The notes below the pieces were generated by a model. It was not told the DNA's origin and made no database searches. It saw nothing but the letters and a program-made list of their open reading frames with translations. Shown one piece after another: positions 8,822-16,728 of a stretch of DNA of 32,000 nt. The translations under genes were made by a program, and so were the position numbers. The stretch comes from Candidatus Hermodarchaeota archaeon (GTDB lineage: Archaea > Asgardarchaeota > Heimdallarchaeia > Hodarchaeales > Hodarchaeaceae), in the NCBI GenBank assembly GCA_048886185.1, contig JBHLKY010000025.1:21125-53124 (forward strand), read 5' to 3'. The first letter of the stretch is position 1. Each line of letters starts with the position of its first letter.

Positions 8822-10101
8822 GAATTCAACCTTCTAAAGTTTTTGATATTATTTTGAGCAAGTTCTCTTAACGAAAGTTGTTTTGTTTTATTTCCATTAA
8901 TATCTTTAATAAAAATCACTCGATCAGTACAGGAAAGACAAGGGTCGATGCTTCCAAAGATTATTGGTGCATCAGCAATAGTATATCCTTTTAACATTGA
9001 AGGAACGGCATAATTATTTATTAAAGATGGTGTCCTAATTCGTACTCTTTCAGGACAGGCTGTATCATTAGTAATAATATGATATGCTAATTCACCACGA
9101 GGAGGTTCGCTTTTGAATAAAGCTTCTATGCCACTTTCTATTGGTGGTAGACTCTCAAGTGCGATCTCATTACTTGAACTATCAGAGAGTTTATCCAAAC
9201 TTTGATCAATGATCGAAAGACTCTCAAAGAGCTCGTGAACACGGACGACTAATCGGGCGAGAACGTCACCATCCTTTTGAACACAGATTTTCCAATCAAG
9301 TTCATCATATGCCAAGATTGGACTGTCTTTTCTTGAATCAATGTTCAATCCAGAAGCCCTAGCTACTGGACCAACAACACCAAATCTCCGTGCATCATTA
9401 GAAGTAGTGACTCCTATACCTTTAAGGCGAGATTCTACTATTCGATCGGATAATGCTTGTGATGCGATATTACTAACTATTTTCTTAACTTCTCGTGTCA
9501 TTTTACGAATCTTAGGAATCAAATCATTCGGAATGTCCCGTCGGACGCCACCAATTGTCTGCATTCCATAATTGACCCTATTTCCAGAAATCAACTCCAA
9601 TAAATCCATCACAGCTTCACGATCACGCCAAGAGTGCATAAAAAGTGTCTCAAAACCTATTAAATCAGCTGCCACACCAAGCCATAGTAAATGGGAGTGC
9701 AATCGTTCTAATTCAAGAAAGATGGTTCTGATATATCGTGCTCGATCAGGAATTTCAGATTCTACTCCTAAAAGTCGTTCCACACAACCAGTATATGTAG
9801 TTGCATGATGATTGCTACAAATCCCGCAAACTCGTTCTGCTATGAATATATTGCGATTATAATTTCTTTTTTCCATAATATGTTGAATTCCTCTATGACT
9901 GAATCCAACTTTGATATTTGCCTCAATGATTGTTTCACCATCACAGTGGAGAGTTAAGAAAACTGGTTCAATCAATGCAGGATGGAATGGACCAATAGGA
10001 ACAGTTAAAACTCTTTTAATTTCTGAAGTGGGAATTTCTATTGGTTCTTGATTTTTCTTTGCGCTCATTCTCATCATCTCAGGATACTTTTGGCCATTCA
10101 T
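8818..10101 (-). CDS. Group 4 [NiFe] hydrogenase large subunit
   Basis: PIGPFHPALIEP, L1 ERVCGIC, EPPRGE, L2 DPCLSCTDR followed by a 33-aa extension. All four Ni-binding Cys are present. Start uncertain (10101 or the ATG ATG AGA ATG cluster just downstream). Confidence 0.95.
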   Translation of the reverse strand: MNGQKYPEMMRMSAKKNQEPIEIPTSEIKRVLTVPIGPFHPALIEPVFLTLHCDGETIIEANIKVGFSHRGIQHIMEKRNYNRNIFIAERVCGICSNHHATTYTGCVERLLGVESEIPDRARYIRTIFLELERLHSHLLWLGVAADLIGFETLFMHSWRDREAVMDLLELISGNRVNYGMQTIGGVRRDIPNDLIPKIRKMTREVKKIVSNIASQALSDRIVESRLKGIGVTTSNDARRFGVVGPVARASGLNIDSRKDSPILAYDELDWKICVQKDGDVLARLVVRVHELFESLSIIDQSLDKLSDSSSNEIALESLPPIESGIEALFKSEPPRGELAYHIITNDTACPERVRIRTPSLINNYAVPSMLKGYTIADAPIIFGSIDPCLSCTDRVIFIKDINGNKTKQLSLRELAQNNIKNFRRLNS

Positions 10102-10507
10102 ATGGAAGAATCAATCGGTAAGGAGTAGGATGACCTATGAACTCAACTCCTACCATTTCACAAATTTCTCTCTCAAAAAAATTTGCTGCAGGAATCAATG
10201 GAGTAATCGATTTAATTGAAGAATTATTTGCTGGAATCCAAGTCCGTAATATAACAATAAAATTTTTTAGAATCTTTTCTAGGGAAAAGATATACATTAA
10301 CTCAATTTTATTGAATTGAATACGTGAAGCATTGATTGTAACAAGTCTAGCTTTTTGTTGAGTAAATAAATATGAAGGAACATGAGCTATACCCGATGAT
10401 TTGATTTCCACTCCATATTGGTGGGGTTGTACCTCCCAGTATTTAATAAAATCAGGTCCGCATTCTGTTTTGATTGCTTCAAGTGTTTCTTTAACAATAC
10501 TATCCAT
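10079..10507 (-). CDS. NuoC/EchD/MbhK-like hydrogenase subunit
   Basis: SITPLIPAANFFEREICEMVGVEFIGHP...RLILPYEW. Start moved from the track's 10561 to ATG 10507, which has GAGGTGA upstream. Confidence 0.88.
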   Translation of the reverse strand: MDSIVKETLEAIKTECGPDFIKYWEVQPHQYGVEIKSSGIAHVPSYLFTQQKARLVTINASRIQFNKIELMYIFSLEKILKNFIVILRTWIPANNSSIKSITPLIPAANFFEREICEMVGVEFIGHPTPYRLILPYEWPKVS

Positions 10508-10515
10508 AAAATATC

Positions 10516-10522
10516 TCACCTC
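10516..10522 (-). promoter_or_regulatory. Shine-Dalgarno GAGGTGA overlapping the stop codon of the antiporter-like gene
   Basis: Plus-strand TCACCTC at 10516-10522, 8 nt upstream of ATG 10507. Confidence 0.6.
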
Positions 10523-12401
10523 AAGCAAGTAAAACAATAGTTGCGAGAAGTATAGTTGCACCAGCTGTTATATACCAAAGATAAGAAGTTAATCGCCCCG
10601 AATGGAAAAATTTGAAAAAATTGAGAATGGGTTTTGAAGCAAATTCAAATGGTGATGAGGGGACATATATCTGGCCTAACGACAGATAAGGAGGATCATA
10701 AAGGCCTCCTGTGAATGGAAGATTTGTTGAAGAAGATGTCCTTATAGTTTCATAACTAGGAGTTTCTCTAATTGTCGGTTTTCTGCCTGATACACGGTAC
10801 AAAAGTAAACCAAAAATTAATCCAATAAGAATCAAAATTGTCGCTGAAATTGGTGAATAAACTCCCGAAATTGTCTCTTGAACCAAGATATTAGGCCAAG
10901 CACTAATAACAAATTCTTCTCCAGGTAAAAATACTGCAATACCAGGACTAACAAAGTTATTTATTATAAAATCGGGAATTACTCCTACGACTAGACAGCT
11001 AACTGAAAGTATGATCATTGGAATCGTCATTGACTTAGGAGATTCATGAATTTCGTCAAATGGAGGAAGATCAAGGTTTGGATTAATGCCAAAGAAAACT
11101 GAACTTAATAATTTCAAGAATAACACAAGAGTTAACGCTGAAACTAGAATAGCGACAATTGCATATTCAGGATGATTTGCTTCAAAAAACGCCTCATAAA
11201 GGATTCGTTTACTAGTATAACCCCCAAAAGGTGGTATACCTGAAATACTAAGACTAGCAACAACCATGGAAATCGTTGTCAATGGCATTCTTGCAGCAAT
11301 TGAGCCTAGTTTATCAATATCACGTGCTCCAGTCGAATGTTCAACGCTCCCTGCGCCCAAAAAGAGTAAACCTTTAGAAGCGGAGTGAGTAAACATATGA
11401 TATAAAGCAGCCGCTAACCCAAAAGCGGTTCCTAACGAAAAACCAATTAAAATATAGCCGATTTGTGAAACATTACAGTAAGCAAGCATACGTTTCAGAT
11501 CATTCTGTGCAAGAGCCATGATGTTGCCAATAACCATTGTTAGTATTCCAACTCCCGAGAGAAGAAATCCAATGTTCAAGAAAGATGTAGATGAAAAAAC
11601 ACTCGACAATGAATTGATGATCTTATATAACACGATAAATACCGTATATTCGGCAACAATAATCTTTCCACCAGATAAAAGAACGCTAGTGGTCACAGGT
11701 GCCTCTGAATGAGCGTCTGGAAGCCAAAAATGAAATGGAAATGCTGCAGCTTTGGTTGAAAGACCAATAAAGACTAAAGCTATCGCTACCTTCATTTCAA
11801 ATAACGAACTGGTCTGATCCCAATTGATCTCACTTAGAATAAACGTTCCAGTGACATTTTCAATGATAAATATCCCCAGAATTGTAAACACGGATGTGAA
11901 AATTGTTATGATGAGATATTTCATTGTAGCCTCTTTTGCTTCGGGTCTCCTTCCCAAACTCACGAGAATAGCGGATGTAATGGTTGTAGATTCCATAAAG
12001 ATAAATATCCAAAGTAAATTTTCCGTAAGAACAAGAAGAACCATGGATGCGATAAATAGCATGCTAAAGAAGTAATGCCAGCGGATTTGGGTTATTTGAT
12101 AAGAATAAGAGAAAATCATTGTTAAAAAACCTAAGAAAATTGGAATAAATATCACAAAGAGAGCAATTGGATGGAAATTAAACACAAATGGGAGATCATA
12201 AAAAGGAAATTCTAATCGAAAAGGTTCAGTATTAAATATCATAAGATAACTAATGCATCCAACCATAATTAATGTGATAAGACTCGAAAAAACAGTAGTG
12301 AGTTTTCTAGATATTAGAGATATAGGTAAAACCAGTATTGCTGCAACAATTGGTAGAATTAAAACAATTTCTCCTACTAACTCCATTACTGGATCTATCA
12401 T
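10521..12401 (-). CDS. Antiporter-like membrane subunit (NuoL/HycC/MrpA-D family)
   Basis: IFMEST (TM5 Glu), TKAAAFPFHFWLPDAHSEAP, ALAQNDLKRMLAY, HSASKGLLFLGAG, SISGIPPFGGYTSK. Confidence 0.93.
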   Translation of the reverse strand: MIDPVMELVGEIVLILPIVAAILVLPISLISRKLTTVFSSLITLIMVGCISYLMIFNTEPFRLEFPFYDLPFVFNFHPIALFVIFIPIFLGFLTMIFSYSYQITQIRWHYFFSMLFIASMVLLVLTENLLWIFIFMESTTITSAILVSLGRRPEAKEATMKYLIITIFTSVFTILGIFIIENVTGTFILSEINWDQTSSLFEMKVAIALVFIGLSTKAAAFPFHFWLPDAHSEAPVTTSVLLSGGKIIVAEYTVFIVLYKIINSLSSVFSSTSFLNIGFLLSGVGILTMVIGNIMALAQNDLKRMLAYCNVSQIGYILIGFSLGTAFGLAAALYHMFTHSASKGLLFLGAGSVEHSTGARDIDKLGSIAARMPLTTISMVVASLSISGIPPFGGYTSKRILYEAFFEANHPEYAIVAILVSALTLVLFLKLLSSVFFGINPNLDLPPFDEIHESPKSMTIPMIILSVSCLVVGVIPDFIINNFVSPGIAVFLPGEEFVISAWPNILVQETISGVYSPISATILILIGLIFGLLLYRVSGRKPTIRETPSYETIRTSSSTNLPFTGGLYDPPYLSLGQIYVPSSPFEFASKPILNFFKFFHSGRLTSYLWYITAGATILLATIVLLA

Positions 12402-12408
12402 AGTGTCA

Positions 12409-13236
12409 TTACCTCTGAAGTTTTATACGATGTTCCTCTAATCCAATGTCTTTTTCATCAAATCCAAATGATAAAGCAACCAATTCAGTGAGATGCATGA
12501 TTGGAAGGTCATAAATTTCTTTATTCCGTTTTAATAACAATTGTGTGTTTTCAAATTGTCTGAAACACGCTGGACAAGAAACTGCAATGATATCAGCTCC
12601 AACTAATTTAACACTTATCAATTTATTCCTTGCTCGTTCCATTATTGCCCAATCTTCATCAGTGTAAAGAGCTGGAGTACCACAACACATTTTTTCCAAA
12701 CCATACTGAACAATTTGAGCACCTGTCACACGAACAACTTCATCAAAAAGCGAGGGGAGGTTTCTCTCTTGCAATCGACAACCATAATGGCAAGCAACCT
12801 TAATATCGCTAAGAGGATTGGTTATATAATTCTTAATACGATCAATGCCTATTCTTGTTGCCAGAAATTCAGCTATTGGAAATATCCTGACATTTCCTTC
12901 GTAATTCAGCTCTAATACTTTTAACTTTTCATTTACCTTTGTAAGTTGGTTCTCATCCTTTAAAACATGATTTGCATGGCTCAAACTATGATAACAACCA
13001 TTACAAAATGTTACCATATCATTAATACCATATTGCTCAGACAAGGCAAGGTTTACACTTGAAATCAGAAGGGCTGTTTCAGAATCTAATCTTCGTGTAA
13101 GATCATTCTCAGGACAGCATGTAGCTTCTTCTATTTCTCTTAGTAAAGTTCCTAATCTTTTAAATACTACCCGAGCCGATTTTTCGACGAAAGGTTGATT
13201 GGTAGGAATATTACACCCCCAGAAAGAATTAAACAT
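12409..13236 (-). CDS. hdrB: Heterodisulfide reductase subunit B-like protein (two CCG domains)
   Basis: FWGC...TCCP...CNGC and HYGC...MCCG...CPAC; C-terminal LPIMHLTELVALSFG...IGL..H. Confidence 0.9.
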   Translation of the reverse strand: MFNSFWGCNIPTNQPFVEKSARVVFKRLGTLLREIEEATCCPENDLTRRLDSETALLISSVNLALSEQYGINDMVTFCNGCYHSLSHANHVLKDENQLTKVNEKLKVLELNYEGNVRIFPIAEFLATRIGIDRIKNYITNPLSDIKVACHYGCRLQERNLPSLFDEVVRVTGAQIVQYGLEKMCCGTPALYTDEDWAIMERARNKLISVKLVGADIIAVSCPACFRQFENTQLLLKRNKEIYDLPIMHLTELVALSFGFDEKDIGLEEHRIKLQR

Positions 13237-13496
13237 TATTCCTCACCAACTAGTTTTTTAAGCCGTTCACCCTGTAACAATTTTTCAATGTACTTTGTTG
13301 ATTCCTTCCTCTCAGGAAGCCCTATTTTCTCCCTTTTCTTCTCAATCCTTTGATTTGAAATAACAAAATATCCATTTTGTACCAATGATTTGGCATTAGA
13401 AAACATAGTCTTTGGAATTTGATTTAATTTAGATTCCGAACGAAGAGGATAGAGTGGGATGGTTTCTACCTTTTCAGGACTAGATTTTTGGGTCAT
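13236..13496 (-). CDS. hdrC: Truncated HdrC-like protein: C-terminal helical half only, no Fe-S cysteines
   Basis: SLVQNGYFVISNQRIEKKREKIGLPE...IEKLL...KKLVG resembles the HdrC C-terminus (consensus from memory: FVIKTGHxVPIN...LRKxxGLxE...VQKII...DxLIG). Has its own AGGAGA RBS and a TAATG overlap with hdrB. Confidence 0.62.
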   Translation of the reverse strand: MTQKSSPEKVETIPLYPLRSESKLNQIPKTMFSNAKSLVQNGYFVISNQRIEKKREKIGLPERKESTKYIEKLLQGERLKKLVGEE

Positions 13497-13506
13497 CAGC
13501 TTATAT

Positions 13507-13512
13507 TCTCCT
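13507..13512 (-). promoter_or_regulatory. Shine-Dalgarno AGGAGA for the mini-HdrC ORF
   Basis: Plus-strand TCTCCT at 13507-13512, 10 nt upstream of ATG 13496. Confidence 0.55.
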
Positions 13513-13514
13513 AT

Positions 13515-14906
13515 CTAATTAACAGGGGGTGCCTTTGGAATGAACCCTTTGTCCATAAGTAAGAGTGTTTGTTCCCTTGCTCTTTTGATAAGGTTTTCAG
13601 CGCGTTCAAATGCTTCCTGAGGAGTTAATTTCAATCGTGCACCTCCTTCCTTGATTGCTTGTTGTCCTACTGCAACAGCTTCTCTGGGGAATACCTCCCA
13701 CTCATCCATAGACGGTACAATATAGTCAGGGGTCAGTTCTTTGTCTTCTGCTGTTTTAGCCAATTCTTTTGCTGCAGCAATGCACATACTATCTGTGATC
13801 GTGATTCCCATCACATCTAGTGTTCCACGGAAGATTCCAGGAAATCCTAAGCTGTTATTCACCTGATTTGGAAAATCAGATCGTCCTGTAGCTATTATAA
13901 TAGCTCCAGCTTCTTTTGCTTCCCAGGGCCATATTTCAGGCACAGGATTCGCGCAAGCAAATACAATAGGCTCATCCGCCATTGCTTGAATCCACTCTGG
14001 TTTTATTGTTCCAGGTCCAGGTTTGCTGGCCGCGATTACAATGTCAGTGTCTTTCATTCCCTCTAGTACATCCCCTTCTCTGCCCTCGCTATTAGAGTTA
14101 ATGCACATATCCCACTTCAAGTCATAGATATTCTTTTTTTGTTCAATATCATGTCTTTCAGGGTGTAAAATCCCTTTAGAATCCATCATAATGACATTCT
14201 TCTTAGGAATACCTGCAGCTTCCATAACTCTAACAACAGCCATATTAGCTGCCCCTGCTCCAACCATGGAAAAAAGTGTCTCATCTAATTTTTTATTTAC
14301 ATATTTTAAAGCGTTAAATACAGCGGCAATAATTATAGTTGCAGTACCTTGTTGATCATCATGCCATACTGGTATTCGAACATCTCTAGCATTACGCAAG
14401 CTATCAAGAATCTTGAAGCATTTGGGTTGAGAAATATCTTCTAGATTGATTCCACCAAAAGTAGGTTGAAGCCATTTTACTGCTGCAATAATTTCATCGG
14501 CATCATGACAATCTAAGCAAACAGGAAAGGCATCAACTCCTCCTAAATATTTAAACAGTAATGCTTTGCCCTCCATAACTGGCATCGCAGCTTCAGGGCC
14601 TATATTACCCAATCCTAGAACCCTACTTCCATCAGAAACAACTGCAACATTATTCCACTTATTTGTCAATTCGTATGCAGTGAATGGTCTGAACTTCTTT
14701 GTAACCTTTATTTCTTCTTCGATAATTCTGCAAGGCCTTGCTACTCCTGGGGTGTACCAAACAGCAAAATCATCAAAATTATCAATTTTAACTTTCGAGA
14801 CGACCTCAATTTTTCCTCGATAGAAAGGATGCCATGCTTCAGCTCGACGGTTTGGAAGGTCTGCTTTTTTAAGTAGTTCTTCAACATTAACTTTTTCTTT
14901 TGCCAT
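13515..14906 (-). CDS. NAD(P)-dependent malic enzyme (archaeal type)
   Basis: YTPGVA, VAVVSDGSRVLGLGNIGP, MEGKALLFK, INLEDISQPKCF, HDDQQGTA, GAGAA, ANPVPEI, ATGRSDFPNQVNNSLGFPGIFRG. Confidence 0.96.
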   Translation of the reverse strand: MAKEKVNVEELLKKADLPNRRAEAWHPFYRGKIEVVSKVKIDNFDDFAVWYTPGVARPCRIIEEEIKVTKKFRPFTAYELTNKWNNVAVVSDGSRVLGLGNIGPEAAMPVMEGKALLFKYLGGVDAFPVCLDCHDADEIIAAVKWLQPTFGGINLEDISQPKCFKILDSLRNARDVRIPVWHDDQQGTATIIIAAVFNALKYVNKKLDETLFSMVGAGAANMAVVRVMEAAGIPKKNVIMMDSKGILHPERHDIEQKKNIYDLKWDMCINSNSEGREGDVLEGMKDTDIVIAASKPGPGTIKPEWIQAMADEPIVFACANPVPEIWPWEAKEAGAIIIATGRSDFPNQVNNSLGFPGIFRGTLDVMGITITDSMCIAAAKELAKTAEDKELTPDYIVPSMDEWEVFPREAVAVGQQAIKEGGARLKLTPQEAFERAENLIKRAREQTLLLMDKGFIPKAPPVN

Positions 14907-14936
14907 AAGTTAAAACTCCTTGTCAAATCTTTCAAT

Positions 14937-15422
14937 TCATACTCTTATGTTTTCCATTATTCTTAATACTTCAGTACGAGGCAGAAAACGAATTGCCTCA
15001 ACCGAACACACATCGACACACTGGGGATCACCATCACATAAATCACATTTATAGCTTAGATGAGTTTCAGGGTGAAACCAAGCAATACTCAAAGAACAAG
15101 CAAAGGTACAACTACGACAACCTATACACATTAACTCATTTAGAAAAACACGTCCATTTGCTTCCTTCTGAATTGCTCCACTTGGACAAACAATTTGACA
15201 AGGAGCTGGATCACAATGGATGCAAAGGGCAGCAGAAAATACTAAATGAGTACTTTCTTCCCCTTGTTTGAAAACTATTTTTGAACTGATTGTAATATTA
15301 CTCAAATTAAAGCTTAGTTGACAATGATGGTGTAAAGAGCAAGCAGATTCACAGTATCTGCATCCTGTACACTTTTCATCATCAAAAAATAAAACTTTAT
15401 CCTCAGCTATAGGAGATTTCAT
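14937..15422 (-). CDS. 4x[4Fe-4S] electron-transfer protein (HycB/CooF/DmsB family)
   Basis: CTGCRYCESAC, CIHCDPAPCQIVCP, CIGCRSCTFAC, KCDLCDGDPQCVDVC. Confidence 0.92.
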   Translation of the reverse strand: MKSPIAEDKVLFFDDEKCTGCRYCESACSLHHHCQLSFNLSNITISSKIVFKQGEESTHLVFSAALCIHCDPAPCQIVCPSGAIQKEANGRVFLNELMCIGCRSCTFACSLSIAWFHPETHLSYKCDLCDGDPQCVDVCSVEAIRFLPRTEVLRIMENIRV

Positions 15423-15735
15423 AGAACTCTCTTCTTACTAACCGAATACTATACATTAAAATCCTTAGATTGATGTAATAATAGTTAATTAAATGTTTAA
15501 AATTTTAATTAAAAGGATTTGCATGTTAATTTTTGACTATTTTAAGATAATGATGTAAGTACTTTCTTGACACCGTAAAGAGATTCCAAATTGAGAGTCG
15601 TTGATTTTGTCTTCTTTTCAGAAATTTTGGTCTGCCTTTGCTAGGTAGTTAGGAATTGTAAATAAATGAAAAAAAGGAGTAGCAGCCCATTTATGATAAA
15701 AAATAAGAAATCTAACAAAAAACACATCAGTAAGA

Positions 15736-16236
15736 GTGATTGAGATTTTGACATTCTTAGAAGAATTATCCGAGTTTATACAGGAAGGTCGTCGTCATAA
15801 ATTATCAATCTTTTGCATTGGTAATGTCCTTAAAGGCGATGATGCCTTGGGCCCCATTATTGCAAAAAAACTACAAGGACAGATTTCATCAGACGTTTTA
15901 TTGTTTGATACGGGTTCACAACCTGAAAATTTTATTACTGAACTTAGAAGAAATAATATATCACATTGTTTAATGATTGATGCTCTGGAATTTAAAGGTA
16001 AACCTGGGAATATTGGTTTTTTTGACCCAACTGAGGTGAGTGATTTTTATGGAACATTCTCAACCCATTATCTTTCAATGAAATCTTTGATAGATTTTAT
16101 GATACAACAAACAGGTAGTAAATTCAGGATACTTGGTATTCAACCATTGACCTTAGAAATCGGTAAACAAGTCTCCACTCCTGTTCAAAACTCAATTGAA
16201 AGATTAATTAAACTATTGAAACAACTTCTTGAATAG
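15736..16236 (+). CDS. hycI: Hydrogenase maturation protease, HycI-like
   Basis: CIGNVLKGDDALG, GSQPENF, IDALEF, STHYLSM, ILGIQP. Confidence 0.88.
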   Translation: MIEILTFLEELSEFIQEGRRHKLSIFCIGNVLKGDDALGPIIAKKLQGQISSDVLLFDTGSQPENFITELRRNNISHCLMIDALEFKGKPGNIGFFDPTEVSDFYGTFSTHYLSMKSLIDFMIQQTGSKFRILGIQPLTLEIGKQVSTPVQNSIERLIKLLKQLLE

Positions 16237-16530
16237 AATAGTTTTAGGTCTAATTAGGAAATCAAAACTGTTGAAGTCTAACTGTCTTATATTCAATCTT
16301 AAATAGATAAAACAGTTCATTCGGTATTTCTTTGAATTTCTTATTCTACTGGTACTACAATAAGATAATCAAATAATTTGAGAAAATTATTTAAAGATTA
16401 ATCTTTATCATACTTGAATTGTCCTAAGAACGTATTCGACGATGTATTCTTCACAATATAACCATAAAATAACTCTAGTTTTAATTAACTATTATTATAT
16501 TGACGATTGTTAAGGAATGTCTTAAAAAAA

Positions 16531-16655
16531 GGTTTCAGGGGAAAGAGCAAAGAGTCTGCTGGTAAACACAAACCTTCATTTGTGCTTAAATCCCTGCACT
16601 AAAGAAACTGGCAATGAGTTATTCCTTGGGATGCCAAAACCAGCTAATCTCTGGT
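16531..16655 (+). ncRNA. Candidate structured cis-regulatory RNA or small RNA upstream of hdrD
   Basis: GC-richer patch inside an AT-rich spacer, with hand-found pairings CAGGG/CCCTG, AGCA/TGCT, TAA-CACAAA/TTTGTG-TTA, TGGCA/TGCCA and ACCAG/CTGGT. No known family recognised. Confidence 0.25.
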
Positions 16656-16728
16656 ATTCTTATCGAAAACAGGATATAAAATTTTTTAATTACAAATAGC
16701 ATAGTGAAAAACATCGAAGTGGATTATA

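Noticed and set aside
9880-9900. HRGIQ instead of HRGxE in the group 4 large subunit as a sign of inactivity
   Set aside because: All four Ni-ligating Cys, the N-terminal EP glutamate and the cleavable tail are intact.
10508-10561. N-terminal extension of the NuoC-like ORF given by the track
   Set aside because: It overlaps the antiporter gene, and the RBS supports ATG 10507.
16507-16602. Basic 31-aa ORF (MLRNVLKKGFRGKSKESAGK...) faintly resembling a ribosomal protein fragment
   Set aside because: Too short, no convincing alignment; kept only as an alternative to the RNA-structure hypothesis.
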